From assembly GCA_963726265.1 (NCBI GenBank), contig CAVSBQ010000002.1, positions 861,795-925,794 on the forward strand: a stretch of 64,000 nt of DNA. Reading direction: 5' to 3'. How positions within the stretch are numbered: position 1 is the first letter of the stretch; the number at the start of each line of letters is the position of its first letter. The notes under the pieces were generated by a model that made no database searches, was not told where the DNA came from, and saw only the letters and a list, made by a program, of their open reading frames with translations. The translations under genes and the position numbers were made by a program. Below are positions 1-8,542 of this stretch, piece after piece. The DNA is from Candidatus Aenigmatarchaeota archaeon. Lineage in GTDB: Archaea; Aenigmatarchaeota; Aenigmatarchaeia; QMZP01; QMZT01.

Positions 1-705
1 GGTCGCCATGCCGTAGAACTCCTGGGTGAAAGGCTCCCCTGCAATTTTTAGCGACTGGTCCCTTTTCACAAGGTCCGTCGCAAGGACGTAGTCCGCTACC
101 ATGGCGTCTATAGTGCCTGATTTCAGGTCGTATAATATGCCGCTTTGAGGATTTCCTTCCGGAACATCAAAACCGTCATATGGCATGGCAGTAGCCCCGT
201 ATTTTTCCGCCTCGTCTATGCTAGTAGTTTCCTTCTGAGCCCCGACTTTCCTGCCTTTTAGGTCTTCTGGAGTTTTTATTTCATTATTGCTGTTCTTAAC
301 CACGATTGTTTGGCCTGCATTGAAGTAAGGGGAACTGAAGAGCATCCTTTCAGACCTCTCTGGCGTTATGGTTATGGATGCAATGGCGATGTCGATATCG
401 CCATTCTCCACGGCCTTGAACAGTTCATCCCAGGCATAATCGACGAATTGAATTTCAACACCCATCGAGGCGGCGATTTCCCTGATTATATCGACGTCCA
501 AACCCACTACCTGGCCTTTCTCGTCATAAAATTCCATCGGCTCATAAGGTATGTCGCTGCCCACGACGAGCTTCCCGCTCGCCTTGACATTCGATAGCGA
601 CGCATCCGTTGATCCGCCAGGAGCGTTAGTCGTGCATCCTGAAATCGCGACTACCAAAAACAAAGCTGTTAAAATGGCCACTGCACCACGTTTTTCATTT
701 GACAT
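1..705 (-). CDS. ABC transporter substrate-binding lipoprotein (family-3 solute-binding protein, amino-acid type); partial, C-terminus beyond window edge
   Basis: Reverse-strand reading from ATG at 703-705 gives MSNEKRGAVAILTALFLVVAISGC... (signal peptide plus lipobox-like Cys), then GKLVVGSDIPYEPMEF...GLDVDI...FDIAIASITITPER, typical of family-3 periplasmic binding proteins. Absent from the ORF track because it runs off the window edge. Confidence 0.6.
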   Translation of the reverse strand, partial: MSNEKRGAVAILTALFLVVAISGCTTNAPGGSTDASLSNVKASGKLVVGSDIPYEPMEFYDEKGQVVGLDVDIIREIAASMGVEIQFVDYAWDELFKAVENGDIDIAIASITITPERSERMLFSSPYFNAGQTIVVKNSNNEIKTPEDLKGRKVGAQKETTSIDEAEKYGATAMPYDGFDVPEGNPQSGILYDLKSGTIDAMVADYVLATDLVKRDQSLKIAGEPFTQEFYGMAT

Positions 706-725
706 ACACAACCCCAATTATCGCT

Positions 726-2333
726 TTAACTTCCAGTTTTATTTTTTTTAAGCTGGCTTTCAAGCTCGTTTATCCTTTTCTTCAGCTCGACCATTTTGAG
801 TTCCCTGCCGACTGAAAGCTTGTTGATTTTTTCGAGTTCTTCCGTCCTTTTTATTATCTCCTCACCGGCCTTTTTCCTTTCCGTGATGTCCTTCATGGTG
901 CCTAGCATGCGGAACGCCTTGCCTTCGGCGTTTTTCAGGACCGTGCCGCTGTTTTCCATGTAAATGTAATTGCCGTCTTTGCGCATGAACCTGTATTCGG
1001 CATCGTATTTCGTGCCTTCCTTCAGCGCCTTTTCGAGAAGGGACAAGGCCGTTTCGCGGTCATCCGGATGGATAGCGTCTCCCCATTCCTTTATGCCCAT
1101 TTTCTGGAATTCGTCGAAGCCGTAGCCGGTCAGGCTGGTTATTGCGCCCAGCCATTTAATCCTCCCGGAAGCTACGTCGTAATCATAGATTATCTGGCCC
1201 GTCTGCTCGGCGGCAATCCTGTAGGTGTTCTCGTTTTCGAAAATCACGTTCTGCACTTTCTTCTGCTCCGTGATGTCCCTGAATATTCCCTGAAGCAATT
1301 TTTTACCCTCTGTTTCAATCAGGTTGGCTTTTATCGTAACGTCCTTTAATTTCCCGTTTTTGGTGATAACGTGCGTTTCCAGTGCCTGGCCTCTGGCCTC
1401 TGTGAGATGCTTTCTGAAGGTTTCGCTGAATTGCCCTTCGATACCTTCCGGTGGGTGGAGTATCTTCTGGTGCTGCCCAATGAGCTCTGCCTTGCTCCTC
1501 CCGACCAGTTCCGTTGCTGCGCGGTTGCAGTTGACAATTATCCCCGTTTTCGCATCGGCTATGACAATGGCGTCAAGCGCCTCCTCGAACTGTATCCTGT
1601 ATCTTTTCTCGCTCTCCCTCAATTTCTCTTCGGCTTTCTTCCGCTCGGTTATGTCGCGGCCAGTGACCAATATCCCTACCGTTTTACCCTTTTCACGGAC
1701 AGGAACTGAGCCTTCATCAACTTCCAGATATCTAATTTCCCCTGATTTTGTTTTGATTTCGAGCTCTATCTTCTTCTGGGGTTGGCCGAGGAATTCCTTC
1801 GTCAGGACATAAAAGGCGGTTTTTATGGAATTCTTTGTCAGGAAACTGGCAATCGACTTGCCTACCATCTCATTCTCTGCATAGCCGCTGGCCTCAAAGG
1901 CCCTCTTGTTGGCGAACAATATCCTCCCCGTTTTATCCAAAATGAGCATGATGTCCCTCATGCTTTCCGAGATAAACCTGTATCTTTCTTCCCTTTCCCT
2001 CAATTTCTCCCCTGTTTTTTCCCTCTCGGTGACGTCGCTGCCGACGTCAAGGACTTTGGTCACCCTGCCGTTCTCCCTGATGGGTATGCCTATAAGCTCG
2101 AGAAGCAGATCCCTGCCGCCTTTAAGCTTGATGGTATAGATCGTCTTTTCCGTCACCTTCCCCTGCAGGTTCTTCCTGAATTCCAGGAATGCCCTTATCA
2201 GATCCTTTTTGCCGAGCAGGCCGATTTCGGAGAATTTTTTGCCGATGACGTCTTTGGCTTTCAGGCCTGTCAGCTTCTCCGTATACTCATTGGCTTCCAG
2301 AATCCTGCCGCCCCTGTCGATGGTGAAAGCCAC
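726..2333 (-). CDS. multi-PAS domain sensor protein with no recognisable output domain; C-terminal coiled-coil motif VGRELKMVELKKRINELE
   Basis: 535-aa ORF with repeated PAS-like blocks (e.g. GRILFANKRAFEASGY...E, ITERKKAEEKL linker heptads recurring three times). No His-kinase, GGDEF or HTH domain visible. The C-terminal 30 aa form a charged coiled-coil. Confidence 0.7.
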   Translation of the reverse strand: MAFTIDRGGRILEANEYTEKLTGLKAKDVIGKKFSEIGLLGKKDLIRAFLEFRKNLQGKVTEKTIYTIKLKGGRDLLLELIGIPIRENGRVTKVLDVGSDVTEREKTGEKLREREERYRFISESMRDIMLILDKTGRILFANKRAFEASGYAENEMVGKSIASFLTKNSIKTAFYVLTKEFLGQPQKKIELEIKTKSGEIRYLEVDEGSVPVREKGKTVGILVTGRDITERKKAEEKLRESEKRYRIQFEEALDAIVIADAKTGIIVNCNRAATELVGRSKAELIGQHQKILHPPEGIEGQFSETFRKHLTEARGQALETHVITKNGKLKDVTIKANLIETEGKKLLQGIFRDITEQKKVQNVIFENENTYRIAAEQTGQIIYDYDVASGRIKWLGAITSLTGYGFDEFQKMGIKEWGDAIHPDDRETALSLLEKALKEGTKYDAEYRFMRKDGNYIYMENSGTVLKNAEGKAFRMLGTMKDITERKKAGEEIIKRTEELEKINKLSVGRELKMVELKKRINELESQLKKNKTGS

Positions 2334-2429
2334 GAAAGGCAGGTTCTCAAAAATAGTCTTGTAAGCCTCACCGCCATTCCCGCTTGGTTCGTCTCGGATT
2401 TACCTTCCTTCGAAGTATCATACGCCCCA

Positions 2430-3065
2430 TTACCCCATCTCGACGACCTTGTCCACGAACATGCTGAGGTCCTTGGTCATCTCGGTTTTCACGTCGTCCT
2501 TCAGCGCCATCAGGACGCCCTTCGAGCCGAGGGAGCGGAAAACGGATATTATCGAGTGCACGAACCTGGTAACCACAGACGACTCTTCGTATATCAGCAG
2601 CGTGGACAGCGAATCGAAAATCGTTATGCCCGGCTTGTTGGCCTCCAGGAGTTTTTTCATGGCGATGTTCATCTCGGTCAGCGCTTTCGGAGACGAGACG
2701 CAAACGACCTTTCCGCCTGCCTCTGTCCCCGACGGACTCTTGGTCACGCAGTCTATGAAGCAGAATTTGCTGGTGTCGATTTTGCTCTTCTCGAAGTTTT
2801 TCATCAGGGTCGTGTATGGCTTGTTCGCCGAAACGTAGCATACCTTTTCGCTGAGGCTAGCCGCTATACCGGCGATGTCGTTTATTTTTTCCGAATACTT
2901 CTCGTTGGGCACAAGGACCAGTATTATGTCGTTGTCCTTTATCGCCTTTTTTGTGTCTTCCTTCTCGATTCTGTCCTTTGTCCCGGCATCCTTGATTATA
3001 AGCCCACCCCAATTTAATAAATTGATTCGGTCGGTTATAAACTTAACAAGAAAATGTTTAAACAT
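2430..3065 (-). CDS. KaiC/RecA-superfamily-like domain protein (Walker A not evident; possibly degenerate), directly upstream of the PAS sensor
   Basis: 211-aa ORF. Overall beta-alpha pattern and C-terminal segment (GVLMALKDDVKTEMTKDLSMFVDKVV) resemble KaiC/RAD55-like archaeal signalling ATPases, but no GxxxxGK[ST] is seen, so the call is tentative. Confidence 0.4.
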   Translation of the reverse strand: MFKHFLVKFITDRINLLNWGGLIIKDAGTKDRIEKEDTKKAIKDNDIILVLVPNEKYSEKINDIAGIAASLSEKVCYVSANKPYTTLMKNFEKSKIDTSKFCFIDCVTKSPSGTEAGGKVVCVSSPKALTEMNIAMKKLLEANKPGITIFDSLSTLLIYEESSVVTRFVHSIISVFRSLGSKGVLMALKDDVKTEMTKDLSMFVDKVVEMG

Positions 3066-3372
3066 GGACGCGAAAAGGGAAAAGGTCTACGCATTTCTCA
3101 GGAAAGTTCCGTCAGGAAAAATAACAACTTACGGAGAGCTCGCGAAAGCCGCAGGCACACATCCGCGCGCAGTGGCGATGTTCATGAAACACAACCAGGA
3201 CCCTGTCAATATCCCATGCTACAAAGTGATAAGGTCAGACGGTTCTCTCGGCGGCTATTCGGGCCGCGGCGGCGTTAAAAGGAAGGCGGCGCTTCTGAAG
3301 AAGGATGGCATAGCAGTAAAAAACGGCAAAATAGAGCTCAAAAAACATCTCCACCGCTTCTCAAAATCTTAA
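3064..3372 (+). CDS. MGMT-family (methylated-DNA-protein-cysteine methyltransferase C-terminal DNA-binding domain) protein, stand-alone; active-site region reads PCYKV rather than canonical PCHRV
   Basis: MDAKREKVYAFLRKVPSGKITTYGELAKAAG...NIPCYKVIRSDGSLGGY matches the Ogt/ATL helix-turn-helix plus active-site loop architecture. Start chosen at ATG 3064 rather than the longer upstream ORF. Confidence 0.55.
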   Translation: MDAKREKVYAFLRKVPSGKITTYGELAKAAGTHPRAVAMFMKHNQDPVNIPCYKVIRSDGSLGGYSGRGGVKRKAALLKKDGIAVKNGKIELKKHLHRFSKS

Positions 3373-3581
3373 AAATCCCAGTTTCAATTCTTAACCATGA
3401 AAGCCGGCATCGAAGGTCCCGAAAAAGGACGTTATCCTCTTTGTCGTGCAGGAGGTCATGCAGAAGCATAGGGAAGTCGAATCGCTGCGTGAGTTCACTG
3501 AGCTCGTCAACATGCGCCTGAAGATGGTCGACTCGAAACTTTCCGTTTCAGGCGCGCGCCTGAGGAGCATATTTATCAAGG

Positions 3582-3785
3582 ATGCACGGCACAAAGCTGG
3601 TGACGGAGACGCGCATGGGCGGCAAGACCGAGAAATGCCCCTCATGTTACTCGAGCCTTAAAAAAATCTACACGAAGAACCTGAAAGGCAGGAAAATCCT
3701 CTACAAGATGATGTGCCAGAGATGCGGTTATTCCGGAGTCAACGGAAAGTTCGCACCGAAAAGATACAAGTTCGTAAAGGCATAA
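3582..3785 (+). CDS. small zinc-ribbon protein (CxxC...CxxC)
   Basis: 67-aa ORF with CPSCYS...CQRCGYSG, a typical 4-Cys zinc ribbon. Frame and start uncertain; the neighbouring ORF 3446-3661 begins with GTG. Confidence 0.3.
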   Translation: MHGTKLVTETRMGGKTEKCPSCYSSLKKIYTKNLKGRKILYKMMCQRCGYSGVNGKFAPKRYKFVKA

Positions 3786-3796
3786 CACGAGGGTTT

Positions 3797-4817
3797 CTAC
3801 CTGTAAATGACCCTGACCTTCTTCAGCTCTTTGATGTTCCTCGCGCCGACCAGGAACATGGCATCCTCCAGCTGCGAGATGACTTTTTCCAGATGCGCTT
3901 TCACGCCCTGCCACGACTCGTTCGCCGGCTTCAGCAGGGGCAGCGCCATGCCAGCGAGGTCTGCGCCCATCGCAATCGCTTTAGCGACTTCGACGCCGTT
4001 GCGTATCCCGCCTGAAGCGATTATAGGGACTTTCACCGAGCGCGCGACGTCTCTCAGCGCCTCCGCCGTTGGGATGCCCCACTCCTCGATGTGGCTGACA
4101 TCTTCTTTCGTTCTATGCCCGTCGACCTTGACCCATGACGTCCCGCCCGCGCCCGCGATGTCTATCGCCTTCACGCCAGCGAGGACCAGGCGCCTCGAGA
4201 GCTCGCCGGAAATCCCGCAGCCCGTTTCCTTCGCTATCACCGGGACCCTGGACTTCCTGCATATCTTCCTGATTTCCTCATAAACGCCCTTCCACGCCTT
4301 GTCGCCTTCCTGCTGCGCGAGCTCCTGCGCGACGTTCAGATGGATCGCAAGGCCGTCCGCCTTTATAGAGTCCACGAGCGAGGCGATTCTTTCCAGCTTC
4401 GTATTGCCTGAGTTGCGCGGCACCGATGTTGCCGAGAAGGAAGATGCTCGGCGCGACGTCGCGGACGAGATAGGTCCTCGTCGTCTTCGCGTCCTCCAGC
4501 ATCGCGCGCTGCGAGCCGACGCCCATGCCTATGCCTAACGCTTCCGCCGCCTTCGCGAGATTCCTGTTTATGCGTTCGCCATTCGCCGTCCCGCCCGTGA
4601 TAGCCTCGATGAAAAGCGGCGCTGAAAATCTCTTGCCGAGAAACACAGTCTTCGTGTTGATTTCATCCCTGCTGATTTCAGGGAGCGCCTTATGCTCGAG
4701 CTCGACGTGCTCGAAGCCGTTCGATTTCGCGAATTCGACGTCCTCCTCCAGGCATATGCGTATGTGGTCGTCCTTCCTCGACTTCGTCACGGCTTTCGCA
4801 GAAGACATGATAATCAT
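3797..4817 (-). CDS. fni: isopentenyl-diphosphate delta-isomerase type 2 (FMN-dependent), interrupted by an apparent -1/+1 frameshift near 4395-4420
   Basis: N-terminal ORF 4278-4817 (…HIRICLEEDVEF…FIEAITGG…VGSQRAMLED…LLGNIGAAQL) and C-terminal ORF 3797-4423 (…KLERIASLVDSIKADGLAIHLN…IAKETGCGIS…DIAGAGGTSW…IASGGIRNG) are contiguous IDI-2 sequence in different frames. The shift lies in the ...cgaagctggaaagaatcg... stretch. Confidence 0.8.
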
Positions 4818-4829
4818 TATCCTATTATT

Positions 4830-5609
4830 CTATTTTCCGTTTATAACGGTTCCCAGGCCCTTTTCACCCAGAAGCGAGCGCCTGAGAAGGCCGGGCTTCA
4901 GGCCGTTTATTATCTCGACCTCGGTTCCCATGGCAAGCGCCATCCTGACTTTCTGCATCATCCCTCCGGTCACGTCGGCGATCCCGTCCGAGGAAGAAAG
5001 CGACTCGGCTATTTCCCTGAAGTTTTTCCTGTCAATCGCCCTTATTTTTTCGCCGAGCGGGCCGAGCACACCATCCGTTTTTCCTGCCATTATTATCCTT
5101 TCCGGCTTCAGCTTCCTCGCGAGGAAGCGCAGTATCTCCTCGGTCGAGATTATGCAGCAGCCCTTCGCCTCGTCGAGGCACGCGTCGCCGTATGGGACGG
5201 GTATCGCGCCTTTCGCGAGCAGGGTCTCGAGCGGCCTGGTATGCCATTCCCTTATGCTGTCGTTCTTCGCGAAGCAGGACGCGGATGGCTGTATCGAAAC
5301 GGCGTTCTCGCCTGCCTCGAGCAGCGATGATACGATAATCCTGTTGAGCTTCGCGGCGTCGTCCTGGACTCTGGCGAAGCCCTCCCAGCTCTTGCTGTTT
5401 ATGACGCCTTTGTGGGTCTGGTATTTGCTGGCCGAGACGTGCGGGAAGCTGCCGCCGCCGTGGCCGACGAGAAGCGCGAACTTCCTTTGCGCTCGCGCTT
5501 CGCGTATCTCCCTGCAAAGGCGTTTTATCACATCGTATCTCGCGGTATACGGCTTCGACTTGTCCGTTATCAGCGAGCCGCCCAGCTTGACGAATATCAG
5601 ATTTTTCAT
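4830..5609 (-). CDS. ipk: isopentenyl phosphate kinase (amino-acid-kinase fold)
   Basis: MKNLIFVKLGGSLITDK...LLVGHGGGSFPH...IISTEEIL...GKTDGVL...DVTGGM, the hallmark IPK pattern; adjacent to fni. Confidence 0.85.
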   Translation of the reverse strand: MKNLIFVKLGGSLITDKSKPYTARYDVIKRLCREIREARAQRKFALLVGHGGGSFPHVSASKYQTHKGVINSKSWEGFARVQDDAAKLNRIIVSSLLEAGENAVSIQPSASCFAKNDSIREWHTRPLETLLAKGAIPVPYGDACLDEAKGCCIISTEEILRFLARKLKPERIIMAGKTDGVLGPLGEKIRAIDRKNFREIAESLSSSDGIADVTGGMMQKVRMALAMGTEVEIINGLKPGLLRRSLLGEKGLGTVINGK

Positions 5610-5654
5610 AGTTAAAATTGCAAACCTTTATTTAAATTTGAAACAAGTACTCTC

Positions 5655-5999
5655 ATGGACGCGAAAAGGGAATGCCTCATTTCACTGAATGCGTATCACA
5701 GGCTTTATCCGGGCAGCTTCTTCGGCAGGCCGCTGAAAGCGAGAGAGCTCAGGGACGCGGGAAACTCGCTCGTTTTCGCCGGTTTCGGGGCGCTCGCGCC
5801 GCTTGCAAAAGAAAATAAGGATTTCTTCGTCATACTGCGGCTTATAGACCAGAACGTCGAGGACTTTTTCTGCATGCTCGCCTCGGGAGACATGAAGCTT
5901 TTCGCGTGCAGGTTTGACGATGCGAAGAAAGCCGCTGACAAAAAAGCGCTTGAGAAGTTCGGGAAATATTACATGGAAGAGAAGAAGAAGCTTCGCTGA
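5655..5999 (+). CDS. hypothetical protein (114 aa) embedded in the mevalonate-pathway cluster
   Basis: ORF with reasonable codon usage. No recognisable motif. Its first 19 nt are identical to the start of the MGMT-like gene at 3064. Confidence 0.35.
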   Translation: MDAKRECLISLNAYHRLYPGSFFGRPLKARELRDAGNSLVFAGFGALAPLAKENKDFFVILRLIDQNVEDFFCMLASGDMKLFACRFDDAKKAADKKALEKFGKYYMEEKKKLR

Positions 6000-6012
6000 A
6001 CTTCGCTGCTCG

Positions 6013-6603
6013 CTACGCCCATCTTTTGTAGATTTTGTTTTCAATCCCGAGCGAGTCCAGCGTCTTGCCTATTATGTGGTTTACCATTTCGTCTATGCCT
6101 TTGGGCTTTGAATACAAGGTGAGGATCGGCGGCAGTATCACCCCGCCAGCCAGCGTGACGCGGCGCATGTTCTCTATGTGTATCAGGCTCAGCGGCGTTT
6201 CCCTCGCCACGAGCACGAGCTTCCTCCGTTCTTTCAGGCACACATCCGCTGCTCGTAACATCAGGTTGTCCGAATATCCCGAAGCGACGCCGGCGAGCGT
6301 CTTCATGCTGCACGGGATTATCACCATGCCTTTCGTTTTGAAGGAGCCGGATGCAATGGCAGCAAACATGTCATTATAGCCATAAACCTTCGTGGCGAGC
6401 TTTTCAACAGCCTTTATGCTATAGTCCGTCTCGTGCTCTATCAGCTTCTTCGCCGTGTCGCTTATCACCAGATGCGTCTCGATGTCCAGTCTCTTTAGCG
6501 TTTCGAGAAAACGTATTCCCAGAAGCGAGCCGGAGCTGCCAGAAATGCCTACGATAACCTTCTCCTTCGCTTCACGCATGTTCAACTGTTCCTTTCTCGG
6601 CAT
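6013..6603 (-). CDS. ubiX: UbiX-family flavin prenyltransferase (prenyl-FMN synthase), expected partner of the UbiD-like decarboxylase
   Basis: KVIVGISGSSGSLLGIRFLETL...IIPCSMKTLAGVASGYSDNLMLRAADVCLKERRKLVLV...ETPLSLIH is strongly UbiX/Pad1-like. Confidence 0.85.
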   Translation of the reverse strand: MPRKEQLNMREAKEKVIVGISGSSGSLLGIRFLETLKRLDIETHLVISDTAKKLIEHETDYSIKAVEKLATKVYGYNDMFAAIASGSFKTKGMVIIPCSMKTLAGVASGYSDNLMLRAADVCLKERRKLVLVARETPLSLIHIENMRRVTLAGGVILPPILTLYSKPKGIDEMVNHIIGKTLDSLGIENKIYKRWA

Positions 6604-6982
6604 CGACTTTCAGCCTGTCGCCCGTCTTTATTTTGTCAATGTCTATCTGGTCGACGCAGGGTATGCCGGCGAGAATGACGCCTGTCGCGACTATCGTCTC
6701 CGTCTCCCTGTTGATTATCGCCTTCGGCGCGACGCCATTCTTCTTCAGGCCGTAAATGACGTACGACCCTACGGTCGAGCCCTTGCCGTTGGGAAAGACG
6801 AGAATCTTGCCCTTCACATTCTGCCCTTCGAGCTCGTGGCCTTTCTCTATCACGATGCCGGTCTTCGCATCGATGCCGCCGTAGAAGCCAAGCGGCGTTT
6901 TCGAGACTATCGCCTCGCCTTCGGCCTTGCCCGGCGATATGCTCCGTCCCTTCATAACTTCTTTGGTCATAACAATCACCAA
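6572..6982 (-). CDS. aconitase X small subunit-like protein (DUF126 family): putative phosphomevalonate dehydratase small subunit
   Basis: 136-aa protein with PLGFYGGIDAKTGIV...GKILVFPNGKGSTVGSYVIYGLKKNGVAPKAII, as in AcnX small subunits; immediately upstream of the large subunit. Confidence 0.7.
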   Translation of the reverse strand: MVIVMTKEVMKGRSISPGKAEGEAIVSKTPLGFYGGIDAKTGIVIEKGHELEGQNVKGKILVFPNGKGSTVGSYVIYGLKKNGVAPKAIINRETETIVATGVILAGIPCVDQIDIDKIKTGDRLKVDAEKGTVEHA

Positions 6983-7029
6983 CCTTTATGCATCATCCAT
7001 TCCTTCGAAAGACACATATTTCATATGTG

Positions 7030-8208
7030 TCATCCCTTTATCAAATCGTCTATGTTTTTGAACACGACGCTCTGCTTGCAGAAGCCCGGAAGATAATTCC
7101 CGGCCTTCCCCGAATCCACGCCAGTCGTCTTGAAGCCCATCTGTTCTATGGGAGAAACGACCATGCACGTGTCCGCGACGATTTTACCGCCCGCCTTCTC
7201 GATTATCGTCGTCAGGCCCATTCTAGTCGCGGCGTCCTTCATCACGCGCGACGTGCAGATCCACAGCGGCTTCTTCAGATGTTTACCTTCAAGCTTTTTG
7301 GATATGCTTATTATTTCCCTGAGCGACGCGTGCGGGCAGCCGATGACTACGAGGTCCGGATCCTTGCCCGTGTTGAGCTTCGCATACGCCTCCTTCAATT
7401 CCTTCTCGCCTACCTCTATGGTCTCGAGACCTTTCGTGTCCATCGCATTCGCCTCAGGCGTCATGCCGTCTATATGATAAAGAGCCACCGCTCCGCTGGC
7501 CGCCATCGCCGCTCCGAATGCTTTAAGGTTATCAGTGTTCGCGTTCTTGATGCCGGTGAAATAAGGGATTTTGCTGCCCGCGATTTTTCCTACATGAGAG
7601 CCGAGCGCGCCGAAATCGGAATTGAACTCGAGCTTAGCGTCGACCTTCACCAGCAGCTGCGGCTTCCTGTTCTCGTCGAGATGCAGGCCATAGTTCGGGG
7701 TGAAGCCGCATATCGCCGCTGCGAGGGCGGATGGCCCGCCTTCGCGGTTCGTCCTCGCGCCTATCACGGAATTCGAGAATGACACGGCAGAGCTTTCAGA
7801 CCACGCGATGTGCTCGCGGAACCTTGGCAAATTACCGGCGAGATAAGGAGTGCACGTCGCTGACATGACTATGCCCATCTTCTCGAAAGCGTCCATTATC
7901 TTCTTCTGCATCCTCGCGAAATCCTCCGGGAAACCCATCTCCTTCCAGCTTTCCATGTCCATGCCGGCCGGGTTCAGGAACGTCAGAATCCTGACCTTCG
8001 CACCTTTGTTCGCGATGTCCTCGAGGAATTCGAGGCCGGGGTCGCCTATGGATTTGTAAGACACGCCCGCGACCTGCGCGGAGCCGATTTCGATCATTTT
8101 ATCGGCCTTGTAAATCTCGCCAAGGCGCACGAGCAGGCGCATTTGTCTCTCGACGACTTCACCATGCGTTCCGTTGAGCATCTTCTCCTGTTCTTTAGTG
8201 AGATACAT
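7030..8208 (-). CDS. aconitase X large subunit-like protein (DUF521 family): putative phosphomevalonate dehydratase large subunit
   Basis: 392 aa, MYLTKEQEKMLNG...GSAQVAGVSYK...ATCTPY...WSESSAVSFSNSVIGARTNREGGPSALAAAI...VIGCPHASL. This is the characteristic AcnX large-subunit signature. Confidence 0.8.
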   Translation of the reverse strand: MYLTKEQEKMLNGTHGEVVERQMRLLVRLGEIYKADKMIEIGSAQVAGVSYKSIGDPGLEFLEDIANKGAKVRILTFLNPAGMDMESWKEMGFPEDFARMQKKIMDAFEKMGIVMSATCTPYLAGNLPRFREHIAWSESSAVSFSNSVIGARTNREGGPSALAAAICGFTPNYGLHLDENRKPQLLVKVDAKLEFNSDFGALGSHVGKIAGSKIPYFTGIKNANTDNLKAFGAAMAASGAVALYHIDGMTPEANAMDTKGLETIEVGEKELKEAYAKLNTGKDPDLVVIGCPHASLREIISISKKLEGKHLKKPLWICTSRVMKDAATRMGLTTIIEKAGGKIVADTCMVVSPIEQMGFKTTGVDSGKAGNYLPGFCKQSVVFKNIDDLIKG

Positions 8209-8218
8209 AATTCACCCC

Positions 8219-8542
8219 TCAGATTTTATTTTCGATTATTTTGCAGTTCTTCTTGAGCATCTCTATTTCTTTTTTACTCGCGTTGTTGACATGAATCCCG
8301 GCTATGCACACGACAGGCGCTTTCGTTTTCCTGCATTTCCTTTCCGCGATGGGCTTGGCGACAAGCCAGTCGTAGTGGCCTTTCCTGCTGACCACTTTCG
8401 CCGGTTTTCCTGGTGCGCACACGACGACGCAGCCTATGTGCGTCCTCTCGCCGCCGCCCAGAAAGAGCACGATGTCGCGCCCCTGCCTCTCTTCTTTCAG
8501 CCACACTTTGTATTTGCCCTTTCCTGCAGTCAGCATGCGCAT
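8219..8542 (-). CDS. conserved-looking hypothetical protein (107 aa) between AcnX large subunit and the UbiD-like gene
   Basis: MRMLTAGKGKYKVWLKEERQGRDIVLFLGGGERTHIGCVVVCAPGKPAK...VVCIAGIHVNNASKKEIEML. No family recognised. Tightly packed in the operon (11 nt after acnX-L start, abutting the ubiD-like stop). Confidence 0.4.
   Translation of the reverse strand: MRMLTAGKGKYKVWLKEERQGRDIVLFLGGGERTHIGCVVVCAPGKPAKVVSRKGHYDWLVAKPIAERKCRKTKAPVVCIAGIHVNNASKKEIEMLKKNCKIIENKI

Noticed and set aside
1782-3017. 411-aa ORF on the + strand opposite the PAS sensor gene
   Set aside because: It lies entirely antisense to a well-supported gene. The translation is Arg/Leu/Pro-rich with no motifs, as expected for an antisense frame in high-GC DNA.
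4525-5688. 387-aa and 212-aa + strand ORFs overlapping fni/ipk
   Set aside because: Antisense to two strongly conserved genes. Low-complexity Ser/Pro/Ala-rich translation.
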